Shown: piece after piece, positions 26,702 to 39,131 of the stretch | How positions within the stretch are numbered: position 1 is the stretch's first letter | Layout: each line of letters begins with the position of its first letter | Assembly: GCA_010093705.1 (NCBI GenBank) | Contig: MU006099.1 | Span: 186,001 to 250,000, forward strand | Source: Patellaria atrata CBS 101060 | Taxonomy: Eukaryota | Direction: 5' to 3' | DNA length: 64,000 nt | The notes under the pieces: model-generated | The model's database searches: none | What the model saw: only the letters and a program-made list of their open reading frames with translations | Told to the model about the DNA's origin: nothing | Position numbers and translations under genes: made by a program

Positions 26702-28168
26702 CTAGTCGTATACATCCTCCCAGTCATCTTCATCTTCATCTTCAAATTCAGTCTTTTCTTCGACCTTTTCATCTTCAAACTTTCCTTTACCCACTCCATC
26801 ATCGCCATTTGTCTGCTCCTGACGAACACCTGCGACTGATGCGCTGGTATCGTGAACTAGCACTTCGTATAAACCAGGAATACGAGCCATACCAAATGGG
26901 ATGCTGTCCGGCTGTTGTTCAGATGTCGCTTCCACAATAATTTTGGGACCATGAGGGAGGGGAGGAGCAGAGACGAGCGTACCAGGGACAATCGCGAGCG
27001 GCGCAACGGGAAGGATTTCCGGAGCACCCGGGGCGAATCCGGTCTCCAGTTCAGGATCTATCCGTCGCCAGCTGGTGATTTCATTGACTACTTCTGGTTC
27101 GGCCTCCGGCAACTCCACAGCAACGGGAAGCGGCCAAGATGGTGCCTCTTGGGCAAGATTCAACAGGCGGGATATTGGCGCCTTTATTTGACACCCAGCT
27201 TCCGGGATAGGTTCTGCTGGAGGTCTCGGGGCGGCAGCAACAAGGCCGCTCTCTACACCCTTCTCTTCCAGCTTCGCCACTTTTTCGACCAGGACGTCAA
27301 ATTTAGCCTGGATCTCAGATACGAGGTTTGCTTGCTGTAAGAGAAGGGGTGCGAACTCTCTCTCCGTTTCCTTAACACCCCGTCTGTACGCAAGTGTAGT
27401 CTTCTCAACCTCCGCAATGAGCACCTCCCTCTCTTCCTTGTGCTGTATATAGATCATCTTGAGTTCCTCTAACAGTGTTCCTCTGACTGCAGATAGTTCT
27501 GTAAGTTTCCTGTCCTTGCTCATTCCGAGCTCTTCCATCTGCTGTTCATGGTCGGTCTTGCTCTTTTCCATGTTCCGGTTATACGTCTGATTTTTTCCTT
27601 CCTTCTCAGCTTCAAAACGGGCGATCTCCTTACGATGGTCAGACTTCTGCACAGTAGCAGCCCTACGCACGTCCTCGAGCATCTTGATGACGTTTGTGAG
27701 GCGTATATAGAGCTTGAGCACCATGTACAGAGCAATCAGGACCAGAAGAAACGCAACGAGGCGAAAAAAAAGGCTGAGGAAATAAAGAAGGCTCTGTACG
27801 GGTTAACATAAATCTTTCGCAAGGCTAATTGTAGTAATACTTACATTCTTGGGGTTCTGGACGTCGAATATGGGAAATCGATCTACATTGATAGTGGATG
27901 CGCCTTTGACGTTCTGCATGATGAAAAACCCATCTTGGTACGCATCCATGACCGTCACAATGATGAAGCTGACCGTCTTTGGGATTAGCATCAGAAGCCA
28001 GAGGATGAACCACTGTACCGCAGCGCCGTATGGATCGAGATATTCGGCCAAACTAGGTCCGAACAGGAGGAACAGCATAATGCTGGCTAAGAAACAGAGG
28101 ACTATGCTCTCGATGGATCGATCTGAGGTCATCTTGGTAGTGAGTATTGCGTTCTGGGAAGCTTTCAT
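26702..28168 (-). CDS. hypothetical protein: N-terminal TM segments, coiled coil, Pro-rich region, acidic tail
   Basis: ORF 27803-28168 (hydrophobic) splices via GTAAGT...TTAAC...CAG into SLLYFLSLFFRLVAFLLVLIALYMVLKL, which is in frame with the 340 aa ORF. Confidence 0.65.
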
Positions 28169-28830
28169 TAGAAGTTGTACTGATGCTTGCTTGTCTAGGT
28201 GTTGATGATTGTGTGTTCCAGCGCGACGTGAAATGTAGGAAGAAGGTCAAGGATGCGGGAAAAGAGTAATGACCGAAGGTTGTAGTAGCATAATGAAAGA
28301 GCAGGTGAGGTTTTGTTGCTGCAGTATCAACAGGGTCATTCACTAAAATCACGCGTGATGTTCCAGAATCATGAATTAACAATACACCACCAAATCCGAC
28401 AATAGACTAGTGAAACGACAATAACTATCGGATTATGCACTATATGATAACATTTCTACAGAAGTCTGTATTGTTCTACAACGGCGGGCAAGACTGTCGC
28501 GGCTGCTGCAATATTGTTTAGAAACATTCACTATCAACAGTCAATTACCCCTTAGAAAGAGTAACACGATACAAAAGTCACACGCCTCATGACCTTGACT
28601 TCGGCCGCCGCGCTAAAGTTTCGACCTGGAGGATAGCCGTCTCCCAACTATAAATTCTTGTTTCCAAAAATCCCGGCTCCAAAATTCTACAAACTTCGAC
28701 AACACAGTCAAGCAACATCGACGACCACAACTTCGAACACCCACGTTCGACAACCATACCAACAAATTTTTCATCAACCATAACAACTTCAAACGGAAAG
28801 CTTATTATCAACTCTGATTTCTCAGCAGTC

Positions 28831-31800
28831 ATGGGAAATATCACTATGCACCTTGCCTTCATGGTTTTCGGTATCTGTGGAACCGCCATCTACCATGGGA
28901 AGAGCCCCATTCCTGTAAGTTTATTCCTCACTCTTTGCTTCAACACTGTTACTGTTTACTAACCATTGCTAGGTCATTGCCGTGACAATTCTACACATCC
29001 ATCACCGCCTTGCTAGCTTCTTGGCCAGCCTACTCATTGTATTGACAGTCGTTGCCCTGTTAATTCTTGTTTCTTCCTCGCAAAATGCGACTTTTGATGT
29101 TATCAAACGTCTTACGATACAATTGTATGATGCCATCCTCCCCGTCCCACCTTCATCTAGCTCGGAGGTGAAATGTACCCTCCCTCTCGTCCCAGCTGCT
29201 TTTACATTGTCCCCTATCATTTTTGTCGACACCAACCCGGTCTATCCTGGGAATTTTAACAACGAAGTTCATATCACCTCGGTGCTGTCTGGTGGTCAAG
29301 AGCAGCCGATCGACGTCGCACTGGGTACTACTCAGGCCAAGCCGCGATATAAAGACGCTGAGGTACAGACGGATGAGGACGCGCTAGGTACTGCTCTTAA
29401 TGACGCGCCATACAAAGATGCAGAGGTACAGATGGACGAGATTCCTCTTGTTGCAAAGCTTTCAAATGTATCGACTTCCACCAATAATTCCACCACCGAA
29501 CAACTAAGGAGCTTCTCTGAAAGGTCTTCCGCAATTTCGACTCCAGATCGGTTCGAATGTGTACCTTCAACTGATAGTACCACAGCTGTTGAAATTCTAC
29601 CGTCTTCGGGAAGCGACAAATCTACAACCTCTATTGTTGTAAATATGTTTGGTGCTGCGACTCAAACATCATCGAAAAAACTGAATACCCCATTAAAGAG
29701 GAATGCTCTCAAGAATGGAATGACCGTGTCTCCCGCGAGCTCTTCCGCATCAGATTCGGTTAAATTGGTAAAGGGGCTCATGGAAAATTCGAACAATGAG
29801 CGTGATAGAGTTGAAGATCTCACCAGGAAAGTTGCTAATCTCAAAGTCAAATCAACTCCTGTAGCGTCCAGAGAAGCAACTCCTGAAGCGCCTGCACCAA
29901 AGAAGATTCACAGCACTGGTCTAGATTCCGAAATATCCAAAGGACCTTCTACAGGAAATGTTTTCGCTGGCACAGTCTTTAATATTCCGGGTCTACCCCC
30001 AAAGTTTGATTTCAATGATCTGGTGTCATCGCAGGTTCCTGAAGACACTAAGCCTTCCGCTCCAGTGGGCTTTGGGACATCGTCAAATACTGTTGCAAGT
30101 GGGTCTGGCTCTGTAACCGGTGTCCAGTCAGGAAGTTCAGGCTTCAACCTCAGGACGTCTGGCCCATCGAGTGGAGTACCCGCGACGAATACAAAGATGT
30201 CTCTTGGGGGCTTTGACACAGTACTAAAAGCTAATGTACGCGGGTTGTTCGGTTCCAACACCGGCGTGGCATCCAATCGCAGGCCCAAGAATTCATTGTT
30301 CGTAGATTTGAAGAAGACTGCACCATCAAATGGAACATGCACAACATCCAACCCATTCGCCTCCAGCATGGCAACAAAGGCTCCCAGAAACGGTTTGTTT
30401 GCAAGTGATTCTCAGTTCACGGGTTCAGGGGCTTCAACTTCTGGAACCACCACACCAAAGGCGCCTTCAACCAGCTTTGGACAATTTGTAACTCTTACCA
30501 CTGATGCTTGTACCTCTTCAAAGAATGCTCCAACTACAGTTGCAAAAGAGGGTGATGCTACCAAGGCGCCGTTTTTGAATACTCCTGGAACCGGTCTCGG
30601 GCTATTTGGGAGCACCCCTTTTACTGGTCCTTTTACTTCATTGAATGAAACTTTGTCAACTACAGCCGCAAAGAAGCCAGGCACAACTAAGATTTCAAAT
30701 ATAAATGCTCCTAGAACCGGCCTCGGTTTGTTCGGCACTCCTAACACTGGTGCTTCTAGTGTTCTGAAAATCGCTTCCCCAAACACAGTCGCAAAGGAAG
30801 CCGATACTTCCAAAGCTCCGGTTTTAAATGCTCCTCAAACTGGCCTCGGGTTATTCGGCGCTGCTCCTAAAACTGGTATTGTTTCCCTCAAGGAGGCTCT
30901 TTCAAATCGGGTCCCAAAGAACCCGGATAGTACTATGACACCGGGTCGAAGCTCTCTATTCAATTTCCCACCGAGCGCACCAAACGTCTTTGCAGTAAGC
31001 TCCAGGTTGTTTAGTGCTTCGAATTCAGGTACCTCTGATGTACAGATGAGCGGCACTGCAAATTATTCTGCGACCGCTCAGGCACCCACTAATGAACTCC
31101 CCCCTGCAGTGAAAGCGGATCTTGCAAGTCTTCAAGGGTTAGAAGTCCCAATCCGAGGAAATATCGCCGAAAAAGTCCCTTCAAATTCGATTCCGACTCA
31201 ATGGCAAGTAGGACCACAGAACTTGGCACCCATTCAAGAGCCATGTGATGAAAACGGCATTCCTTTGAGTATTCAGAGGAGGCCTGCTATTGAATCTATG
31301 CCACCAGCCTATAATTCCGCAGTAGGCCTCTTTGGTTCAGTAAACCCTGGGTTGGAGAGTGATAGAGCCATCCACGATCAAGTAATGGCAGAGTCATCTT
31401 TCAATGAGCATGATTCTGAAGGAGAGGGATTTTCTGACCTTGAAGAGCCTTCTGACGCTGATGAGGAATCTGATGCTGATATCGATATGGCCGATCACGA
31501 TGATGATGCTCCAGATGCTGACGCAAACTCGGAGGATTTTGAAGATCTCGGTACTGATCTAGGTTCTCACAACAACTATGGATTCAGTGACATTGATGAC
31601 GGCGAGAGTGATCACGGCAAGAGTGATTACAGCGAGGTTGATGACGACGAGGTTCACTTTCTTGCTGATCTTTTCGAGTGTTCCACTCCTAGTTACAGCA
31701 GTCCTCCTAGAAATGCTGATAATAATGGGCCTAGCGCCATTGATCCAATTCCCGGTGGCGCTTTAAACCGCGGCAACAACCAGCCCTCTGAGGATTTTAA

Positions 31801-32203
31801 AGGGGAAATGCAGGGTTTTTGCGATGACACCTTGCTTGATTATCCTCAATCTTCTGGTGGTTGTCCCGGTCCTGTTGATCCCTTGGTTACTGGCACCTCA
31901 TCATCGAACGACCCTCTCCTTCATGGTAATATTTTCAATCCCGCTCCTTTATCGAGTATGTTTCGAAGTCTTGATGGTGGAGCAAGCAGCGGAATCCCTC
32001 CTGGTTGGTTCAGCAATCTGATTCCTAGTGGGTACAACAATCAATCCAACGTTTCTCAGCCCGATCCTGTGGATTCTACTTCTGCTTCATCTCCTATAGG
32101 TTACATTGATGAGGAAGCAGACTTGCAGGGAATGATGGACATGGTCCACAACATAGATCAGGCTAGGAATTGGCCTCCCGCCTATTGTGATGATGAACTC
32201 TGA
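28831..32203 (+). CDS. hypothetical protein of about 1100 aa: N-terminal TM, QT motifs, GLFG-containing repeats, acidic C-terminal region
   Basis: ATG 28831 exon MGNITMHLAFMVFGICG..., then intron GTAAGT...CTAAC...TAG joining the 1073 aa ORF. TM-like LASFLASLLIVLTVVALLILV. Confidence 0.75.
29315..29440 (+). repeat. 63-bp (21-aa) intragenic tandem duplication
   Basis: ALGTTQAKPRYKDAEVQTDED followed by ALGTALNDAPYKDAEVQMDEI. Confidence 0.75.
30530..30930 (+). repeat. about three diverged ~41-aa intragenic repeats, each containing TGLGLFG
   Basis: TVAKEGDATKAPFLNTPGTGLGLFG / TAAKKPGTTKISNINAPRTGLGLFG / TVAKEADTSKAPVLNAPQTGLGLFG. Confidence 0.8.
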
Positions 32204-32309
32204 AGAGAACAAGGCCCTGGTATTTTAAAAGGAGAATAAGGGTGCTACTAGGAATATGATGAAAAGGAATATTGTAACAACACGACCTGCATCGAAATCT
32301 TTTCCATTC

Positions 32310-33085
32310 GGCTGAAAACAAAAACACCAAGAAAAGTCGAAAAGAACAAGAAAAGATTCACCTAAAAATCGAAAAGACTGAGAAAAAAATCACCCAAACA
32401 CCAAAAGGAATAGAAAAACAACCGCCAAAACGTCTCGAAAAAAAAAGGAATCCTAAAAACGTCCATCACGGTTACGCTTTCACCACAATTTCGAATTCAT
32501 TCCAATAATGACTTCATCTCAAGCACTACTTCATCACAACAAGCATTCCCATCAAAACAACCCTTGATACAAGGACAACTTTCTCGAGAACGAAGACTTC
32601 CACACAATGAAAATTCTCCACACAGCAGAGATTCTCCGCGCATACAATGACTTCTATCAGTTCAGTGACAATCCTCCCCACAGTGGAGATTTTCACCGCA
32701 GTAAAATCCTTTCCACCAACGAAGATACTCCCTACAATAAGAAATCACCACAACGATGCATCTTCCACACAATAAAGCCTCTATCAAACCAAGTCCCTCA
32801 CCACAACAAAAGATTTCCGCCTACCACGAACTCTCTCACAAGCAACCACCCCTCTATCAAATCATTCACAACCGCAACACCAAACCCCAAAAACACGCAA
32901 AAAGAACGACACAAACCCTCACCAAAACATCCAAAAAAAAATCACAAACCCCTCAAAAACACCGAAAGAAGGCGAAAACAATCACCAAAAACACGATAAA
33001 CACCGCAACCCCCCTCCCCAACCCAAAAAAAAAAAAGCAAAGAACGGCAAGAACAATCATCAAAACATCATAAAATGAAAAAGCG
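32310..33085. repeat. A/C-rich low-complexity tract
   Basis: Many A runs and degenerate units like aaaacaatcaccaaaaaca; G and T are scarce on the + strand. Confidence 0.55.
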
Positions 33086-34387
33086 TCAATCGGTTACTAA
33101 ATTGCAATCACCGGTTGGAGCAAAAATCAAGGATGGAGATGGTCACGATGGAGGACGGATAGGATGAAATTGGAATTGGGTCAAATTGCTACATTGTCGA
33201 CGGAGGGAAATGGTGGATATGTAAATCACGGAGATGGGGGAAATGACAGATGGAAACAGAAATAGCATGCTGAGGAGATATGAACAAATTGACACTTGAA
33301 AATGAGGGTTCAGATGCTGGGTTGAAAGATGCAGAAGTGTTACATCAACTGTCGTGCATAGTTTTGTATGAATATTTTCCTATTTTGAATGTCGTATGTG
33401 TGGGTTTCCACGGCTTCATTCTTGGGGTTGTATAAGATTGTCAATGTTTGAGATTCGGCTTATGATTAGTTCTATGTCTTGATGGAAAGATGAAAATGAG
33501 GTAACTCAATTCAATACGGATACAATATCTTCCTAATAGATCTGATCTGCTATGTTCTGTTCATTCGTCAGTGAACGGATCAACTTTTCCCAAAAATGAA
33601 AACCCAACCTTCCCTCCGCGATCTGAGATCCACAACACACAACCACCCAAATAACCCACCATCTCAATATATCGGTACCCGAATACCTCACAAAATCCAC
33701 GCGATTCCAAAAGCCCACATAACACTTCAAACCCATATCACCACTCGAGCTCAACTACCTGGAACGTCCCGACGTGGAATTGACAACAGGCAACTGAAGA
33801 GTCGGCACACTTATATCGCTTGGAAGGGGGACTCGGAGCGGGGAGGTGAATCCCTTACTTTTTAGGTTCTTGTTCATGATTAGAAAGGGGATGGGGGGTC
33901 AGTTCTAACTCAAGGTATGCGAACTGTGTATTTTCATTCTCCTAACGCCCTCATCACTCTTCTTTATTTCTACCTTGTGATTCCTTAGGTTAGTTCACAC
34001 CCCCCTCGGCCCCCTCTATCAACCTATCAACCCATCCACGTTCCACCTTCAAAACTCACAATACTGTGACAACGGTACCTTCAATATCTGCTAACCATCC
34101 ATCTACATTTCTCACACTACGAAGCTTAACCCAACTTGGGAAGTTTTTTTTTTTTTTTTTAAAAAAAAAAATAAAAAAAAATAAAGTGGTCTATAATCCT
34201 ATTTCAGCGAGGTATACCATAATTACCAATGTCCTACTTTTAATCCCTAGAACTCCTGTCTAACACCATCCCTTTGCAATTTCCCTTCTCTCTCCCCCTT
34301 ATTAAAAAAAAAAAGAAACACTCGATGATATAACCCCCCCATAACGCCCAATCCCTCAGCCCTTCCACGCAAACCCACTCGGGCAAC

Positions 34388-36719
34388 CTAAATAATAGGC
34401 AAAAACTACACTCAAATCAGCACCATCCAACAACCAGAGCCCAACCTGTCAGCCAGTCAGTCAGTCCGGAAAGAAAACTCACATTAATGACGATCAACAT
34501 CGGCATCTCAAAGACATTCCTCTTGATCTCCCACGTACACATACACCTCACCTTCCCCTCCCTCTCGCCCAACGCATTCATCCCCGCCTCGCCGCTTATC
34601 GTCGCGATCTCCAGCTTGACCGCCGCCTGCTGCGTCCTAAACGCCCTCTCCTGGGCACTCAATCCCGCTCTCCTCCCGCCTGCGCACGCAGTGCCGTCAT
34701 CGCCGCCATCGTCGTTGGTGCGGTATTTGAGTAGCCGGACGTTGCGGATCGGTTTGCCCGAGGGGTCCGTGAAGGCCAGTTTGGCGAAGTCCTCGTAGAA
34801 AGTGACTACGTCGTCGTCGTCGAGGAGTTCGGCTAAAAAGACAGGCTGGGGTCGATTCCTCTGTGCGGTATCCAGCTCGACGGTGTTGAGGCGTGGGGTT
34901 TCCGCTGCACCGGCGCCGGGTTTGTTGTTCGGGTCGGATCCGCTGGTGCCGCCGGTGTTGATGTTGAGGTTGGGTTCGGTGCCGAGGAGCACGTTCCGCT
35001 TCCAGCCCGTCAGGATCGAGAACTCCTTGTTGACTGCTGCGACTTCGCCGGTGCGGCGGCATATGAGGGCTGGTGTGCCGTAGGCCTGGAGATACATCTC
35101 CTCGTAGCTCCAGAGGGAGCGTTGGAAGTTCTGTTCCATGAAGATCAGGTCGTGGCGGTTAAGGTCACCGTGACAAGCGATAAAGGATGGTCTGAATAAT
35201 GCTAGCGCTTTCGCGATCTGGGCTACCTTTTTCTGTGGGAATCGACGTCGAATGACTGCTAGGAGTCTGTGAAATCCGCTCTCGTAGGAGTATGGTTCAC
35301 GGATGGAGGTGTAGATGACTGAGGTATCGCGACGAGGTTTGTGGGTTACTGTGTACTGGGCGCTAAGGCTACTGAGAGTTATCGGTGTATTCCTTGATCG
35401 ATCAGTTTGGGGATGGGAAGCTGGTTGCTTTTGCTGTCCCCGACCGTATGCTCCCATACCGGGTCCTTGATGGCTTGGAGGGGTGAAAATTGCGGGAGAT
35501 GCAGGTCCCGTCTCGTAACCTCCTGAGAGGTCGTGACCTGTTGACCCAGGGCTGGTACTAGAGAGGCTGCTTGGGCCTGCTCCTATAGCATATGCATGCG
35601 GTTGAGTAGAAGAATCGAGGTTTTGAGCCTGAGGAGTGGCCTGTGGAGTTTGCATTTGAATAGCACTGTTTTGCGTTGAATGTGAGGTATTCCAATCTGA
35701 TAATCCGTTTGCTCCGAACATCATATTGTTCATCTGTGGGCTCCCGGTGAAATCGGAAGTCGTTGTGATAGGTGTGTCAAAAGTACCACTGATTTGACCC
35801 ATACTGTTGACCTGGTTCTCTCCAGGTGGTGTCTCAGCGGCTCCAGAGGACATATGACCTAACATCCCAAACTCGAGAGCACCATAGTGATTTCCAAAAT
35901 TGAGGCTAGCGATGTCAAAATTGTAGAGAGCAGGATCACTTGGATCAAATAAGGGACCCGAGAACTGGTTCATCTGTGTCGAGTTAGATGTTGGCATGGA
36001 GCTTGTAACGCCTTGTGCAGAGACATTTTGTTGACTGGAACTGTATTGCTGATTACCGTAAGAGCTAATATCTTGCATTGGTGGTGGCATTTGACCTTGG
36101 CCACTATTCTGAACGTAAGTGTAGTTTCCAGCTTGAGCCTGAGGGTAGAACCCAGGCTGTTGAGAGACGCTGGTAGCCGCATTAGATCCTGTGATGTGCC
36201 CCGAGAGCGCAGCGGCCTGGGCACCGTTGAGGTTGTGATAGTTCCCGCCGATTCCCGACATCAAGGACTCATTAGGAGCGTCGTGAAGATATTTTGCTTT
36301 TTTCCGTACCCCATCGTGACATTGATCTGAGAGGCCACGCTTGATGCACCTTTGGCAGGGCCTTTCGTCGCCTAAAGGGATTAAATCAATCAGCAATTAC
36401 TCCGATGTGTGCCGAGGTAGTTCGGAATAGTGTTTGACGTTGAGTACGGTAAGGAGTGCTGGAATGATCAAGGTAGGGACATACCGCAGGTAAGATGAGC
36501 TCTTTGACAGGCAAAGCAAGCCCTTCGCGCCTTCTTTCTTCTGGGTCTATGTGGATCTTTTGCATTGTGCTTTTGCAAACTGGTTCCGTCTTGCTTCGTC
36601 GGGGGAGAGTCGCCGTCAGCAAGCTCGTCTTTCACCTGCGCCATTTCGTTCGAGTCTTGTTCGGGACTGTAGTCTGGTTCAGGAGATGCATCTCCATCGT
36701 CAGAATCTGGGGTCGTCAT
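34388..36719 (-). CDS. acuK: Zn(II)2Cys6 gluconeogenesis activator AcuK/Ert1 with C-terminal PAS-like region
   Basis: [39 protein letters not shown]...[50 protein letters not shown]. Short last exon FLPII* ends at 34388. Confidence 0.9.
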
Positions 36720-39131
36720 AATAATAATAAAACAACGTCAATGAACGGCGTGTCCACTTTGATCCCACGAGTCCCGGAAATATGATGAAGGCTACACAAC
36801 CCAGACTTGGTGGTCCACTGGCCTGTAACCTCTAATGCAGAATGCAGGTTGCAAGAACCCAGACGATGGCGGCTCTGGTTCGGTAGCCGTGTAGACGGGA
36901 AAGTCGCAAATTCTCAATTGCGTATACGTGCCTGTGGTGCCAGTACCGCGGTGTGCCGTGCTTCTCGAGACACTGTAGGTATGCGACTCTGTCGACTGTG
37001 CGTTTACGGTGCTGTCGTAGACCCACGTTTCTTACTTTCCGGTGATGCAAGCAACCGTCAAATTCAAATCAAATTCCTTTGACTACTTGATCTACCAGGG
37101 TGTCTTCCCTGTTACACTGGCATTGATTGAAACCTTTCTCTCTCAATGCAACCGCTCGACCAATGGGACGGGTTGGGCCTCGCGATCACGCGTGTGTAGA
37201 AGTACTTCCCAGAGCTAACGTGAAATGCAGTGTTACCATAACCCGGACGTAGCGATGCTTTTCTTCAGCTGCTCCCGGTATCCCGTATCCGCCAGTTCCC
37301 CCAATTGGACATGCAAAGCCAACTTCTAAGGTAAGAATATCAACTCCCACCCAATATCTACTACGGGGTGGAATATTCCAGTGGTGAACCTGGGCCTGGA
37401 ACCTTTCTGGGTGCTATAAGTGGCGTCTTGACAATCGTAGTTCGACTGCGGCCTTTGTGGCGTTGCGGCTGTTGTCTCAACCTAATGCGGTAACACGAAA
37501 GTTGTGGAAAAACTGGAAGCTCGTCTACATGTACTGATATTGCACAAACCAGGGGGTGGGTTCCTTGTTCCTAGGTAGAGTTTGAGTTTCGCGTGCCCCT
37601 CATGACTTACGAAGAAGAAAGAACCATTCAGTCGGTATGTCTGGGCGTAATTGACGAATCTCTGTAGACGCCGTGGATCTTTCCAGTAGGATGACGACTG
37701 CACGACCGGGAAGCTGCCCGATGATGGATATAGGTAGTCGCAGCTAGAAGTAAGGGAGCATTCAAGGAGAATAAGCAATGATGCCCGCCGATCGAAATAT
37801 CGAGGAATTCCTGCACAGTACCTTATTGATGGGCAAGGAAAAGTAGGAGAGTCTTATCGCTATTATGCACCTCTTGATGCCTGTATGACAACTGGAAGAT
37901 ACCCTTACACTTTTGCCAGTTTGCAACACAACAAGAGAAGGAAGCGGTCAGAGTCAGCGCGCAAATGGACTAAAGGAAATTAAATGCAGAGAGGGGAGCT
38001 TTGAAAAGTGCAGGTCCAATGGAAGCAGTCGAGGATTTGAGGATCAAAAGAACAGTTTTTCAGTAGTTTTTTTTTTCTATTCTTGGTAACCCTCTCAACT
38101 GTGTCGCCTGTTAAAGCTTGACGTGAGCACAGCAAGAGAGATTGAGAGAGATACCCAGGGACGTATGTAGAGAGGAAAGATAGTGTATAGATCGAAGACG
38201 CAGGTTCGTCAACACGCTGCCGTTGCTGCGCGTGCCTCATACTCGAAAGAACCTTTGGGTATTTAGTGCGTCCACATGTTTTTGATGCTGCCCTCGATTG
38301 CGTCTTTGGTGAGTGAGGCGAGACCACCTCCCCTCGGCCCTAACCTCGGCCGGAAAATACTCCCAGACCATCACAGTAAAAGCCCTGCAGAAAGCCGCCA
38401 AGGTAGGAGAAGGGAAATTATTAGAGCGACAACCAAGTAAACAACAAGTTTGAAAGAGGCTGATGTGCCTTGCGATTTTCCTAATTCCCACTTCCTCAAA
38501 ATCTCGCATACGCCTCATCTCATACTCGACCATCATTACTGGACTCGCTAAAGCAAGGAATATTGCGTCAATTGATAAAGGACCAAAAGAGGAAAAGGGG
38601 CATCTCAATTAAAGCTACGAGCGGACCGTTTGGATTGATCGAACAGCCTCAGAGGCGATATGATCGTCGGCCACGCCGTAACGTCCACTACTAGTTCCCA
38701 TATCCAGCGCCTCATTTTCTTTAGAACTAGAACTACAGAACGGATCTCAGGTGGCCACGTTCTTTTCCATAAATTGTGCTTTGACACCAACACTTCTACT
38801 TCACTTCTGATCCAATAATTTCCCATCAACACCCTCCTTGCGGCTTTGCGTTCTCGGGGCTTGTATGTTCCAGTGCTCTTCTTGTCGTACGAACCTACAG
38901 CGGGATCTTCAGCATGCTTGTAATCTACTCAAGATTGTGTCACGTGGCAATATAAGAAACGGCTACACTATATATACTCAATATGATTCCATTATACTGC
39001 AAGCATGCTTATGTGGTGCAACCTACCTCCTATCTATAGACCTCCTCTCATAATACCCATCCCCCACCCCCCACCCCCCATCCCCCATTCTCCCTATCGG
39101 CAGCTTGCCTCTTCTTCCCTATCTGGATCGC

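Noticed and set aside
32607..33073. K/T/N/P/H-rich ORFs
   Set aside because: Their composition follows from the A/C-rich low-complexity DNA, which lacks stop codons.
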